A DNA stretch of 64,000 nucleotides from Alphaproteobacteria bacterium. GTDB lineage: Bacteria; Pseudomonadota; Alphaproteobacteria; UBA7887. Below, piece after piece: positions 32,764-43,441 of this stretch. Position numbers and translations under genes: made by a program. The DNA is taken from the NCBI GenBank assembly GCA_965216755.1, contig CBDCGL010000011.1, positions 4,064,001 to 4,128,000 on the forward strand. Reading direction: 5' to 3'. Each line of letters opens with the position of its first letter. The stretch's first letter is position 1. Below the pieces are notes generated by a model, which saw nothing but the letters and a program-made list of their open reading frames with translations, was not told the origin of the DNA and searched no databases.

Positions 32764-33641
32764 ACCGTCGCATCAGCGTGATTCTGGGCGTCGCGGGCGT
32801 TGTCGGCGTGATCCTGGTCCTCAGTTCCATTTTCTATGTCGATCAGCGCGAACAAGCGTTGGTCATCCAATTTGGGCAACCGCGGCGCGTGGTCCAAGAA
32901 CCGGGACTAAATTTCAAGGTCCCATTTATTCAAGACGTTTTGCGGTTTGACAAACGTTTGCTTGACTATGACAACCCCGCCGAGGAAGTCATCGCCGCCG
33001 ACCGCAAGCGCTTGGTCGTCGACGCGTTTTCGCGCTACAACATCGTTGATCCGTTGCGCTACTATCAAACCGTGCGCAACGAGATTGGCTTGCGCGACCG
33101 TCTCGGTTCGATCATGGATGCCAATTTGCGCGAAGTCCTGGGTACAGTGCCGCTGCGTGCCTTGGTGTCGGACGAACGGGCCAACTTGATGCGGCGCATT
33201 ACCGAGAATGTAAGCCTGCAAGCTCAAAGATTCGGCATCGCGGTCAAGGATGTGCGCATCAAGCGTGCCGATTTGCCGCCTGAAAACTCCGAGGCGATCT
33301 ATGGTCGCATGCAAGCGGAACGGAAACAGGAAGCCGCCGAACTGCGCGCCAAGGGCGCCGAGGAGGCCGCCAAGATTCGAGCCGAGGCCGATAAGGACAA
33401 GGTCGTCATCATCGCCGAGGCTGAGCGTGACGCACATATCTTGCGTGGCGAAGGCGAATCGGAAATGAACCGAATCTTCGCCGAATCATTCGGCAAGGAT
33501 CCGGACTTTTTCGCATTTTACCGATCCATGCAGGCCTATCAGGAGGCGCTTGGCAGCGACGACACCACAATGGTCCTGTCGCCGGACAGTCAGTTTTTCA
33601 GGTACTTTGGTACCACATTGCCAGATCGCGAGACCCCGTGA
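32760..33641 (+). CDS. hflC: FtsH modulator HflC
   Basis: DVRIKRADLP, RMQAER and DPDFFAFYRSMQAY motifs; ATGA overlap with hflK. Confidence 0.96.
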   Translation: MNRRISVILGVAGVVGVILVLSSIFYVDQREQALVIQFGQPRRVVQEPGLNFKVPFIQDVLRFDKRLLDYDNPAEEVIAADRKRLVVDAFSRYNIVDPLRYYQTVRNEIGLRDRLGSIMDANLREVLGTVPLRALVSDERANLMRRITENVSLQAQRFGIAVKDVRIKRADLPPENSEAIYGRMQAERKQEAAELRAKGAEEAAKIRAEADKDKVVIIAEAERDAHILRGEGESEMNRIFAESFGKDPDFFAFYRSMQAYQEALGSDDTTMVLSPDSQFFRYFGTTLPDRETP

Positions 33642-33718
33642 TCGTGTATGTCGTCACTGGCCCATGATCCCGCCCGGCCGGGTCGCCAGGCCGTGTGCGT
33701 CGAGACAGGGACCGCAGC

Positions 33719-33904
33719 GTGAGTGATCTGTTGACCGGGTTGGCCATGGTTTTGGTCATCGAGGGCTTGGTCTACGCCGTATTTCCGACCCAAATGCAGC
33801 GCATGATGGAGATGGCGCGGGCGTTGCCGCCGGCCTCGTTGCGCAACGCCGGTCTCGGTGCGGCGATTACCGGCGTCGCTTTGGTGTGGCTGATTCGTGG
33901 CTGA
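33719..33904 (+). CDS. DUF2065 (YjeT-like) small membrane protein
   Basis: GLAMVLVIEGLVYAVFP; usual position after hflC. Confidence 0.85.
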   Translation: MSDLLTGLAMVLVIEGLVYAVFPTQMQRMMEMARALPPASLRNAGLGAAITGVALVWLIRG

Positions 33905-33997
33905 TCGGCGACAGCGTGGCGCTTTGATGACCATGTCGGGCCGGTCGCATGTCCATCGAGAGGTCGGACGCCCCCAGTAAGTTGCGCTCTGGGCCTG

Positions 33998-34026
33998 CTT
34001 GAAATGGCCATGGGACCGATCTACCT
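33998..34026 (+). promoter_or_regulatory. Possible RpoH promoter for degP
   Basis: CTTGAA-N16-TCTACCT. Confidence 0.35.
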
Positions 34027-34246
34027 TTAGGCGGACTGGCCAGACGCCGCGGCGCCGTCGGCGGAGAGGCGCCGTTTCACGGAGTGAGACCAATCGGTCA
34101 GGCGATATGCGACTTCCATGCGTTCCAGGGTCTGGTGCGTAAAGCGGGTTTAGCCGGCGAAAGGGCCGGCGCGAAAAATTGAGGATGTTTCCACGATGAC
34201 ATCGGCGACTGACGCTGCACGCGTCGAACGGGCGAGTCTGGTCAGC

Positions 34247-35722
34247 ATGACTATTCGGGCGAGCCGACGAACTGTAGGCGCGGCGGCTGCGGTGACGTTT
34301 GCCGCGACGATATTGTCGCTGTCGGCGGCTGCACAGCAATCGGGGCCGCCCGATTTTGCGGAGTTGGCCGAACGGCTTAACCCGGCAGTGGTCAATATAT
34401 CAACGTCGCAGGCGCGCGGCGGGCGTGGCGCACCGTTCCCGCAATTTCCCCCCGGCTCGCCGTTTGAAGAGTTCTTCAAAGACTTCTTTGACCGACAGGG
34501 TGAAGCACCGGAAGATGAAGAGGAAGAGCGACCTTCGCCGCGCTCGACGTCGCTCGGTTCCGGCTTCGTGATCGATGCCTCGGGCTTCATCGTTACAAAC
34601 AACCACGTAATCGCCGATGCGGACGCGATCACCGTGACATTCTCCGATGACACCACGCTGGACGCTGATGTGGTCGGTCGCGATCCGAAGACCGACGTGG
34701 CCATACTGAAGGTTGAAAGCGAACAACCGCTCACAGCGGTTGAATGGGGCGATTCGGATTCGGCGCGGGTCGGGCACTGGGTGCTTGCCATTGGGAATCC
34801 GTTCGGGCTTGGCAACACAGTGACTGCGGGTATCATCTCGGCGCTGGCCCGGGATATCAACGCCGGGCCCTTTGACGATTTCTTGCAGACCGACGCGGCC
34901 ATTAATCGCGGCAATTCCGGTGGCCCCCTGTTCGATATGGATGGCAAAGTGATCGGCATTAACACCGCGATCTACTCGCCGTCGGGCGGCAGTGTCGGGG
35001 TGGGATTTTCGGTTCCTTCGAATCTGGCCGCCAATGTCGCCTATCAACTGCGCGAATTCGGCGAGACCCGGCGCGGTTGGCTCGGCGTGCGTATTCAAAC
35101 GGTTACCGAAGATCTGGCCGAAAGCCTCGGGCTCAACGCGGCGCGCGGCGCGTTGGTCGCCAGTATCACCGAAGGCAGCCCCGCGGAGGACGCCGGATTG
35201 ATGGTTGGCGACGTGGTGTTGTCGTTCGACGGCAAAGATGTGGCGGCGATGCGGCGCTTGCCGCGAATTGTTGCCGAGACACGAATCGGCAAGAGCGTCG
35301 CTGTCGAGGTTTGGCGCGACGGTCGCACGATCACCAAATCGGTTGTGGTCGGCAAGCTCGATGAGTCGGAGCCGGTCCTGGCGTCGGCGCGAACCCGTCC
35401 GGACGAGCCGCTGACCGAAGAGATCCCGTCGCTGGGTCTAACGCTGTCAACGATCACCTCGGAACTGCGCGAGCAGTATGAGTTGGCGCCTGAGGCGCAT
35501 GGCGTGATGGTCGTGAAAGTCGACGGCGCCAGCTTGGCCGCCGAAAAAGGAATACGGCCGGGCGATTTGATCGTCGAGGTTGGCCAGGAAGAAGTCCAGG
35601 ACCCGTCGGACGTCGCCGCCAAGATCAAGGCGCAGCAGGCCGAGAGTAAGTCCACAGTTTTGTTGCTGCTCGACCGCAAAGGCGATTTACAATTTGTCGC
35701 GGTGCGCTTGTCCGATAGCTAA
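34247..35722 (+). CDS. degP: Do/DegP family periplasmic serine protease
   Basis: TNNHV, TDVAILK and GNSGGPL catalytic triad motifs plus two PDZ domains; start could be 34196. Confidence 0.95.
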   Translation: MTIRASRRTVGAAAAVTFAATILSLSAAAQQSGPPDFAELAERLNPAVVNISTSQARGGRGAPFPQFPPGSPFEEFFKDFFDRQGEAPEDEEEERPSPRSTSLGSGFVIDASGFIVTNNHVIADADAITVTFSDDTTLDADVVGRDPKTDVAILKVESEQPLTAVEWGDSDSARVGHWVLAIGNPFGLGNTVTAGIISALARDINAGPFDDFLQTDAAINRGNSGGPLFDMDGKVIGINTAIYSPSGGSVGVGFSVPSNLAANVAYQLREFGETRRGWLGVRIQTVTEDLAESLGLNAARGALVASITEGSPAEDAGLMVGDVVLSFDGKDVAAMRRLPRIVAETRIGKSVAVEVWRDGRTITKSVVVGKLDESEPVLASARTRPDEPLTEEIPSLGLTLSTITSELREQYELAPEAHGVMVVKVDGASLAAEKGIRPGDLIVEVGQEEVQDPSDVAAKIKAQQAESKSTVLLLLDRKGDLQFVAVRLSDS

Positions 35723-35833
35723 GCGCGTCTTCGACATATGCGGAGACAACTGGCCGCGATGCTCACAGTTGGCATCGCCGGCCAGATGGCATCGGTGCGA
35801 TTCACACCGGATCCCGATGCCACTGACGCGGGA

Positions 35834-36733
35834 TCAAAGCACGAACTCATCGCGGCGATAGCCTTGGATATATAGCAATCCGGTCAGGTCCCCGTGATCG
35901 ATGGTCACCGGCGCCTGCGCGGTAACCACGGGTTTGGCATGATACGCGACGCCGAGGCCCGCGACTTGGAGCATGCCAAGATCATTGGCGCCATCGCCGA
36001 CCGCCAGGGTGGCTGAAAGGGGCACACGCTGGGCAATGGCCAGTTTTTCCAGCGCCACCTGCTTGCCGTCGCGGTTGATGATTGGTTCCATGACACGCCC
36101 GGTCAGCTGGCCACCGCGGATTTCCAACTGATTGCCCTGGGCATGGTGAAAGCCGGCCATTTGCCGAACGGCGTCGGTAAATGCGGTAAAGCCGCCTGAA
36201 ATCAACGCCGTGTAGGCGCCATCGGCGCGCATGGTCCGGACCAATGTGGCAGCGCCGGGATTCAGATGGATCTCGGTTTCGATCACCCGCCGCAACGCGG
36301 TCTCCGGCAATCCATAGAGCATCGCGGCGCGGGCGCGAAGAGCTTCCGCAAAACCGATTTCACCGTTCATGGCGCGATCGGTAATTCGACCGACTTCGTC
36401 CTTGACACCGGCGAGCGCCGCCAACGCGTCGACCGTTTCGATACTGATCACGGTCGAATCCATATCCGCAACCAGCAGCCGTTTGCGTCGACCCCGCTCA
36501 GGTTGTATCACCAGGTCGATCGGCGCGTCGCCCAGTGTCGTCCGCAACTCGGTGCCCAGATCAGCCGGGATCGGACGATCCACGGGAATGTCGCAGGCGA
36601 TGTCGTCGGCTAGCCATGTGGGCAGGCCGGGTTGCGCGCCCCGGTCGCGGAGCACGTTTCCCAATCGATCGACGATAGCGGTGCCGAGTGCGGCCAACAT
36701 CGGATCCGAGATCAGCGTGACAATGACGCTCAT
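35834..36733 (-). CDS. serB: Phosphoserine phosphatase
   Basis: DMDST, ISGGF and GDGANDL HAD motifs. Confidence 0.95.
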   Translation of the reverse strand: MSVIVTLISDPMLAALGTAIVDRLGNVLRDRGAQPGLPTWLADDIACDIPVDRPIPADLGTELRTTLGDAPIDLVIQPERGRRKRLLVADMDSTVISIETVDALAALAGVKDEVGRITDRAMNGEIGFAEALRARAAMLYGLPETALRRVIETEIHLNPGAATLVRTMRADGAYTALISGGFTAFTDAVRQMAGFHHAQGNQLEIRGGQLTGRVMEPIINRDGKQVALEKLAIAQRVPLSATLAVGDGANDLGMLQVAGLGVAYHAKPVVTAQAPVTIDHGDLTGLLYIQGYRRDEFVL

Positions 36734-36763
36734 GAAAATCAATTCGCCGTCGAGGTTTGTGGG

Positions 36764-37714
36764 ATGAGCGGGTGCAAAGCCATCATTGTGGTCGCCGGGC
36801 CGACGGCGACCGGCAAGTCGAAGCTCGCCATGGACCTCGCTCTGCGCATCAATGGCGCGGTTATAAACGCCGACAGCATGCAGGTCTATCGCGATCTGAG
36901 AGTGCTGACGGCACGGCCCAGCAGGACCGAAATGGCGGGTGTGCCGCACCATCTTTACGGCATTTTGTCGGCGACCGAACCATGTTCGGCCGCCCGATGG
37001 CGCGATCTGGCCGAAGGTCAGCTGGCAAGCTGCATCGACCGGGGACAAGTGCCCATATTGGTTGGCGGTACCGGATTGTATTTGCGCGCCTTGCTGGACG
37101 GGTTGGCCCCGGTTCCAGACGTGCCGAGGTCGACCCGTGTCGAGGCTGAACGATTGTTCGACACCATCGGCGCGACCGCATTTCACGACCAGCTTCGAAG
37201 TCGCGATCCAAAAATGGCCGGACGGCTGAAGCCACGCGACCGGCAACGTTTGATCCGGGCCTGGGAAGTTGTAACCGCGACCGGTCGGTCATTGGCGGAT
37301 TGGCAAACACTGCCACATTCACCGCCTTATCCGGCACCACATTTCAAAATCGTTTTGCGCCTCGAGCGGACGGCGCTTTACGAAGCCTGCGATCGACGAT
37401 TTGAAACGATGATGGCGGCCGGCGCCTTGGATGAAGTGCGTGCGCTGGAGCGCCGCGGCTTGGATCCGCGATTGCCCGCGATGAAGGCACTGGGCGTGCC
37501 GTCCTTGCGCCGGCATTTGCACGGCGCCATTGATCTGGAAACGGCCGTCAACCGCGCCAAACGCGCCACCCGGCATTATGCCAAACGGCAAACCACATGG
37601 TTTCGTCATCAAATGAATGCGGAGTTGGTGCTGTCAGATATAGACGACGACAATGTCCATGTGGCGGTTGACGCAAGCCGGAGCTTTCTGGCTCGTGAGC
37701 GCACGGCGAAATGA
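36764..37714 (+). CDS. miaA: tRNA dimethylallyltransferase
   Basis: GPTATGKS, NADSMQVY, GGTGLY and YAKRQTTWFR motifs. Confidence 0.96.
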   Translation: MSGCKAIIVVAGPTATGKSKLAMDLALRINGAVINADSMQVYRDLRVLTARPSRTEMAGVPHHLYGILSATEPCSAARWRDLAEGQLASCIDRGQVPILVGGTGLYLRALLDGLAPVPDVPRSTRVEAERLFDTIGATAFHDQLRSRDPKMAGRLKPRDRQRLIRAWEVVTATGRSLADWQTLPHSPPYPAPHFKIVLRLERTALYEACDRRFETMMAAGALDEVRALERRGLDPRLPAMKALGVPSLRRHLHGAIDLETAVNRAKRATRHYAKRQTTWFRHQMNAELVLSDIDDDNVHVAVDASRSFLARERTAK

Positions 37715-37820
37715 CTGGTTCGACTCGACCGCCGCAAGCGTTATAAGAGACGTACTATGGAATACGCGATCGCCCCGCTGCGCCCCGGCGGCGGGGCAGA
37801 TTGTGCTGGCGGAGGCGGTG

Positions 37821-39569
37821 ATGCAGCTTAGCGGCGGCGAAATTGTGGTGAAGGCCCTGACCGACTTGGGTGTCGACGTGGTTTTCGGCTATCCGGGCGG
37901 CGCGGTCTTGCCGATCTATGACGCCATTTTTCGGCAAAATGCGCTGCGACATGTCTTGGTGCGGCACGAACAAGCGGCGGTGCATGCCGCTGAGGGCTAT
38001 GCGCGATCGACTGGAAGAGTCGGCGCGGTGTTGGTCACGTCGGGGCCGGGCGCGACCAACGCCGTGACGGGGCTGGCCGACGCGTTGATGGATTCCGTAC
38101 CGATTGTTTGTTTGACGGGGCAGGTGCCGACCCACCTGATCGGCAATGATGCTTTTCAAGAAGCCGACACCGTCGGCATTACGCGGCCATGTACAAAGCA
38201 CAATTACTTGGTCAAGGACGTCGCCGACTTGGCTTCGATCATGGCCGAAGCCTTTTATGTGGCGCGCAGTGGCCGGCCCGGTCCGGTGGTTGTGGACCTG
38301 CCCAAAGACGTCTTGAATGCAGCGATCGATTACACACCAGCCAGCGAGGTGGCACACAAGTCCTACCGCCCGATAACCCGTGCGCCCGAAGCTGATATCG
38401 CGACTGCCATGCGCCTTTTGGCCGGCGCACGCAAGCCGATCATTTATGCCGGCGGTGGTGTGATCAACTCGGGCGACGCCGCATCCGAGGCTTTGGCGTC
38501 GCTGGCCAAGGCGACCGGATTTCCGGTCACAAACACATTGATGGGCCTGGGTTGTTTCCCTGGCAGCGACAGTCAGTTTTTGGGCATGCTGGGCATGCAC
38601 GGCACGTATGAAGCCAATATGTGCATGCACCAATGCGACGTGATGCTGGCCGTTGGGGCGCGTTTCGACGACCGGGTAACGGGGCGGCTGAGCGACTTTT
38701 CGCCCAATTCAAAAAAGATTCAGATCGACATCGATCCGTCGTCCGTGAACAAGAATGTTCGCGTTGATTTGCCGTTGATCGGCGACGTCGCAACGGTGCT
38801 GAAGGACTTGCTCGCGGCTTGGAAGGACGTCAAATCGAACCTCGATCGCGAGGCGATCACCGACTGGTGGCGCCAAATTGATGAATGGCGCAGCGTCGAC
38901 AGTTTGGCGTTCAAGCCATCGAATGGCGTGATCAAGCCACAACAAGCGTTGCAACGGCTGAATGCGTTGACCCGCGACCGTGATGTGTTTTTCACCACCG
39001 AAGTGGGGCAGCATCAAATGTGGGCAGCCCAATTCTTAACCATGGATCGGCCGCGGCGCTGGATGACCTCGGGCGGGCTCGGCACCATGGGCTATGGGTT
39101 TCCGGCCGCCGTTGGCGTGCAGACAGCGCACCCGGACAGCCTGGTGATCGATATCTCGGGCGAGGCGTCGTTTCTTATGAACATGCAGGAATTGTCGACC
39201 GTCGCGCAGTATCGCCTGCCAGTCAAAGTGTTCATTCTCAACAACGAATATATGGGCATGGTCCGTCAGTGGCAGGAGTTTTTCCATGGCGGTCGCTATG
39301 CGGAGAGCTACACGGATTCATTGCCGGACTTCGTGAAGTTGGCCGAATGCTACGGCATGCTGGGGTTGCGTGCCACGAAGCCCGATGACATCGGCTCGGT
39401 TATCCAGCAGATGATTGACCATCCGGGCCCGGTGATCGCCGACATCATGGTCGAGAAACAAGAGAACGTGTATCCGATGATCCCGGCCGGCGCGGCGCAC
39501 CACGAAATGAAGCTCAACTCCGACGACCATGTGCCGACCCGCACCGAGGAAGGCATGGTGCTTGTCTAG
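37821..39569 (+). CDS. ilvB: Biosynthetic acetolactate synthase large subunit
   Basis: FGYPGGAVLP, TSGPGATN, GMLGMHG and GMVRQWQ motifs; GGAGG RBS. Confidence 0.96.
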   Translation: MQLSGGEIVVKALTDLGVDVVFGYPGGAVLPIYDAIFRQNALRHVLVRHEQAAVHAAEGYARSTGRVGAVLVTSGPGATNAVTGLADALMDSVPIVCLTGQVPTHLIGNDAFQEADTVGITRPCTKHNYLVKDVADLASIMAEAFYVARSGRPGPVVVDLPKDVLNAAIDYTPASEVAHKSYRPITRAPEADIATAMRLLAGARKPIIYAGGGVINSGDAASEALASLAKATGFPVTNTLMGLGCFPGSDSQFLGMLGMHGTYEANMCMHQCDVMLAVGARFDDRVTGRLSDFSPNSKKIQIDIDPSSVNKNVRVDLPLIGDVATVLKDLLAAWKDVKSNLDREAITDWWRQIDEWRSVDSLAFKPSNGVIKPQQALQRLNALTRDRDVFFTTEVGQHQMWAAQFLTMDRPRRWMTSGGLGTMGYGFPAAVGVQTAHPDSLVIDISGEASFLMNMQELSTVAQYRLPVKVFILNNEYMGMVRQWQEFFHGGRYAESYTDSLPDFVKLAECYGMLGLRATKPDDIGSVIQQMIDHPGPVIADIMVEKQENVYPMIPAGAAHHEMKLNSDDHVPTRTEEGMVLV

Positions 39570-39587
39570 AGCCGTGTCCGACAATGT

Positions 39588-39629
39588 AGGCGCCCGCCGG
39601 TCGCGAACCCGCAGGGCCGGGCGCCTTTT
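39588..39629 (+). terminator. Intrinsic terminator after ilvB
   Basis: AGGCGCCCG...CGGGCGCCT stem followed by a T run. Confidence 0.6.
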
Positions 39630-39765
39630 CGCCAATCTTGGCGTCCCTGTCCTTGGCCGTATTCCCGATACGCCCCGCGCACAGCGACTTGATCTTGGCA
39701 AAAATTCGCGCCGGCAGAATGGTCCAATATCGTCGGATACTGCTCTAGGGGCTTGAAGCGCGACG

Positions 39766-41280
39766 CTACTGGTTCAGGCTGCGGATAGCCCGCGCTCGCT
39801 CGGCGTGGGTGGCGCCTTCTGATTTGCGGCCGATCCGCGCGAGCACGGCGGCGTAGTTGTCGAGTGCCCGGGCGACCAATGGATGGTTGGGGCCGAACGC
39901 GGCCTCGCGGATCCGGATAACGCGTAGCCGCAATGGCTCAGCGTCATCCAGTTTTTGTTGGCTTTCATATAGAAAGGCGAGATTACCGAGCGCGGTCGCG
40001 ACATCGGGGTGTCTCTTGCCGAGCGCGTTCTCCAGGATCTTAAGCGCCCGGCGCTGCAGCGGTACGGCGTCTTCGAAGACCCCTTCATGGGCGTAGATCA
40101 GCGCCAGATTGCTCAACGAGCGGGCGATCGCCGGGTGGCGTGAATCCAACGAAGATTCCCAAATCGCGACCGCGCGCATCAACAAGATCTCGGCATCCTC
40201 CAACCGTTCCTGTGACATATAAAGCTCAGCCAAGCTGCTCAAGGTGCCAGCAATTGCGGGAGCTTCTGGCCCAAACGTCGTTTCCAAAACGGCAATCGCC
40301 TGGCCGTGCATTTGTTCAGCCGCTTCAAGGTCGCCTGCGTCGCGATAGAGCAAGCCCAAATTGCGCAAGGTCATGGCAACATCGGGATGGTCATTGCCCA
40401 GAGCTGCCCGCTTGGCCTCAAGCGACCTTTGATAAAACGCTTCGGCCCGATCGAAATCGCGTTTGTTGTGATACAGGCTGGCCAGACTGCCCAAGATCCG
40501 CGCGGTGGTCGGTGTTTCGGTCGAATCGTGGCGGCGCAGAATGAACAACGCGCGCAGATAGTACGGCTCGGCCTCGTCAAACCGCCGCTGATTGTGCAGC
40601 AATATGGCGAGTTCGTTGAGCAAATCCGCGACCTGCTCGTTGTTTGCGCCCGCTTCTTGCTGTTGCAGTGACAGCGCCTCGCGCAGCAGCGGTTCCGCCT
40701 CGGCGTAGCGGTCGAGCACGCGGTAAAGGCGGCCCAGCTCGGTCAATGCCAGGACTTGACCCGCCGATCGCGTGGACTCCGCATCTCTACGGATTTTGAC
40801 CGCGCGCTTCAGCCGCACTTCGGCCTGATCGTACCAACCGCGATTGCGCTGGATGCCGCCTAAAGCGACCAGTGTATCGGCGACCATGGCATGGTTTTGC
40901 CCGAGCGTGTCTTCCCGGATGACAAGCGCCGTGCCCATCGCCGAAACGGCATCATCGTAGGCGCCACGCAAGGCCAGAATGTCGGCCAAAGCATGGTGGC
41001 TGCTGGCGACGGCCAAATGCTGACTGCCGAGCGCCGCTTCATTGGCGATGGCCGCTTCGCGCGCCATTTGCAGCGCCGTTTCCAGATCGCCGGTTGCGAT
41101 CATCTCTTGGACCGCAACATTCCGCTTCTCCGCCGCAGCTGCTTGGTCCTGGGCGGTGACTTGCTCTTGAGGCGCGGTCTGGGTCTGCTCTTGGGCCCGA
41201 ATTTCGCCGCCACCCGGCCCCGGCCCAACCAACACTAGACCGAACGCTATGATCGCGACGGCACGGTCCAAATTACGCAT
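39766..41280 (-). CDS. Exported tetratricopeptide repeat protein (kinesin-light-chain-type 42-aa repeats)
   Basis: Signal-like N-terminus; ten LGxxHPxVAxxLxNLA-type repeats. Confidence 0.9.
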   Translation of the reverse strand: MRNLDRAVAIIAFGLVLVGPGPGGGEIRAQEQTQTAPQEQVTAQDQAAAAEKRNVAVQEMIATGDLETALQMAREAAIANEAALGSQHLAVASSHHALADILALRGAYDDAVSAMGTALVIREDTLGQNHAMVADTLVALGGIQRNRGWYDQAEVRLKRAVKIRRDAESTRSAGQVLALTELGRLYRVLDRYAEAEPLLREALSLQQQEAGANNEQVADLLNELAILLHNQRRFDEAEPYYLRALFILRRHDSTETPTTARILGSLASLYHNKRDFDRAEAFYQRSLEAKRAALGNDHPDVAMTLRNLGLLYRDAGDLEAAEQMHGQAIAVLETTFGPEAPAIAGTLSSLAELYMSQERLEDAEILLMRAVAIWESSLDSRHPAIARSLSNLALIYAHEGVFEDAVPLQRRALKILENALGKRHPDVATALGNLAFLYESQQKLDDAEPLRLRVIRIREAAFGPNHPLVARALDNYAAVLARIGRKSEGATHAERARAIRSLNQ

Positions 41281-41467
41281 GGGTTAGAACTCCATATCGA
41301 CCACGGTAGCACACGGCGCGCGGGAAGTGCACGCCGGCGGCCGATTGCTTTACAAGCGAACACATTTGGGGGACAGTGCCGCGCCGCAATAAGACGGCCG
41401 TGTGTGCGGAGCCGTCGCGCGCGAGAATTATTTGCCGTGTTGGCACAAAGATCAGCTGAGGACGAGT

Positions 41468-41971
41468 GTGAGCGAAGTCCAAACCCATACGATCGCGTGT
41501 TTGGTCGACAATGAGTTCGGTGTTCTCGCACGCGTGGTCGGACTGTTCTCTGGACGGGGTTACAATATCGAGAGCCTGACCGTCGCCGAGGTTGACGCGA
41601 CCAACCGCTTGTCGCGGATCAACTTGGTGACGTCTGGCACGCCGATGGTGATCGAGCAAATCAAGGCGCAGCTGGATCGATTGGTGCCCGTGCGTGAAGT
41701 TGTCGATTTGACCGAGGCGGGACCCCATGTCTCACGCGAATTGGCACTGATCAAAGTCGCTGCGGTTGGCGAAAAACGTGTCGAGAGTCTGCGTATCGCC
41801 GATGTGTTTCGGGCGCGCGTGGTGGATAGCACCAATGAGTCTTTTGTCTTTGAGATTACGGGCACGACAGACAAGTTGGACGCCTTTATTCGGTTGATGG
41901 AACCGTTGGGTCTGACCGAGGTCGCGCGGACCGGCGTGGCGGCGATGGCGCGCGGCGCGCAAGGTCTGTGA
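41468..41971 (+). CDS. ilvN: Acetolactate synthase small subunit
   Basis: VDNEFGVLARVVGLFSGRGYNIESL ACT domain. Confidence 0.96.
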   Translation: MSEVQTHTIACLVDNEFGVLARVVGLFSGRGYNIESLTVAEVDATNRLSRINLVTSGTPMVIEQIKAQLDRLVPVREVVDLTEAGPHVSRELALIKVAAVGEKRVESLRIADVFRARVVDSTNESFVFEITGTTDKLDAFIRLMEPLGLTEVARTGVAAMARGAQGL

Positions 41972-42059
41972 CCGGCACCATTGGCGACGCGGCGGCAGTA
42001 ACGGATCAAAAATCAAAAAAGCCGGTTCGCATGGCCGAGCCTGGGTGAGGAGGGGATAG

Positions 42060-43082
<1,023 letters not shown>

Positions 43083-43292
43083 TCTCACAGCGCCAGCCGG
43101 CGGAACGAGAGTCTTGATCGAACCAGGCGAATGGGCTTAAAGATGGTGTGCGCAGGTCGCGACATGGCTTGGCCGGCGCAATTGCGGCTAACGGTCCGTT
43201 AACCGAGACCGCGAAAGAATCGGTTTGTGATGTACGAGGCGATGCCTTCGAAATATGGGACCCGGCGGGCGGTCTTGAATCGCCCGGTGGTG

Positions 43293-43393
43293 ATGCGCGC
43301 TTCGCGCCACCTCGCGCGTCTCCTCGCAACCGACAACGATGGCCTGCGGCTTATTGGCCCCTGAGCGACCAGAATAGGGCTTGCGCTCAGGGG
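43293..43393 (+). promoter_or_regulatory. Putative leuA leader: Leu-containing leader peptide plus stem
   Basis: uORF 43293-43364 MRASRHLARLLATDNDGLRLIGP; its stop lies in the perfect 10-bp stem CCCCTGAGCG/CGCTCAGGGG. Confidence 0.6.
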
Positions 43394-43441
43394 ATTTGCC
43401 CGCACCGACGTGTTGCAACCATCGTTGAATTGAAAAGTACC

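Noticed and set aside
36734-37246. 170-aa N-terminal extension of serB in the ORF track
   Set aside because: It is the antisense of miaA; the real start is MSVIVTLIS
37715-37820. Classical ilv attenuator
   Set aside because: A GC hairpin is present, but there is no Ile/Leu/Val-rich leader and no U-tract
43188-43203. CtrA-like CTAA-N7-TTAAC upstream of leuA
   Set aside because: One mismatch and no biological rationale; likely chance
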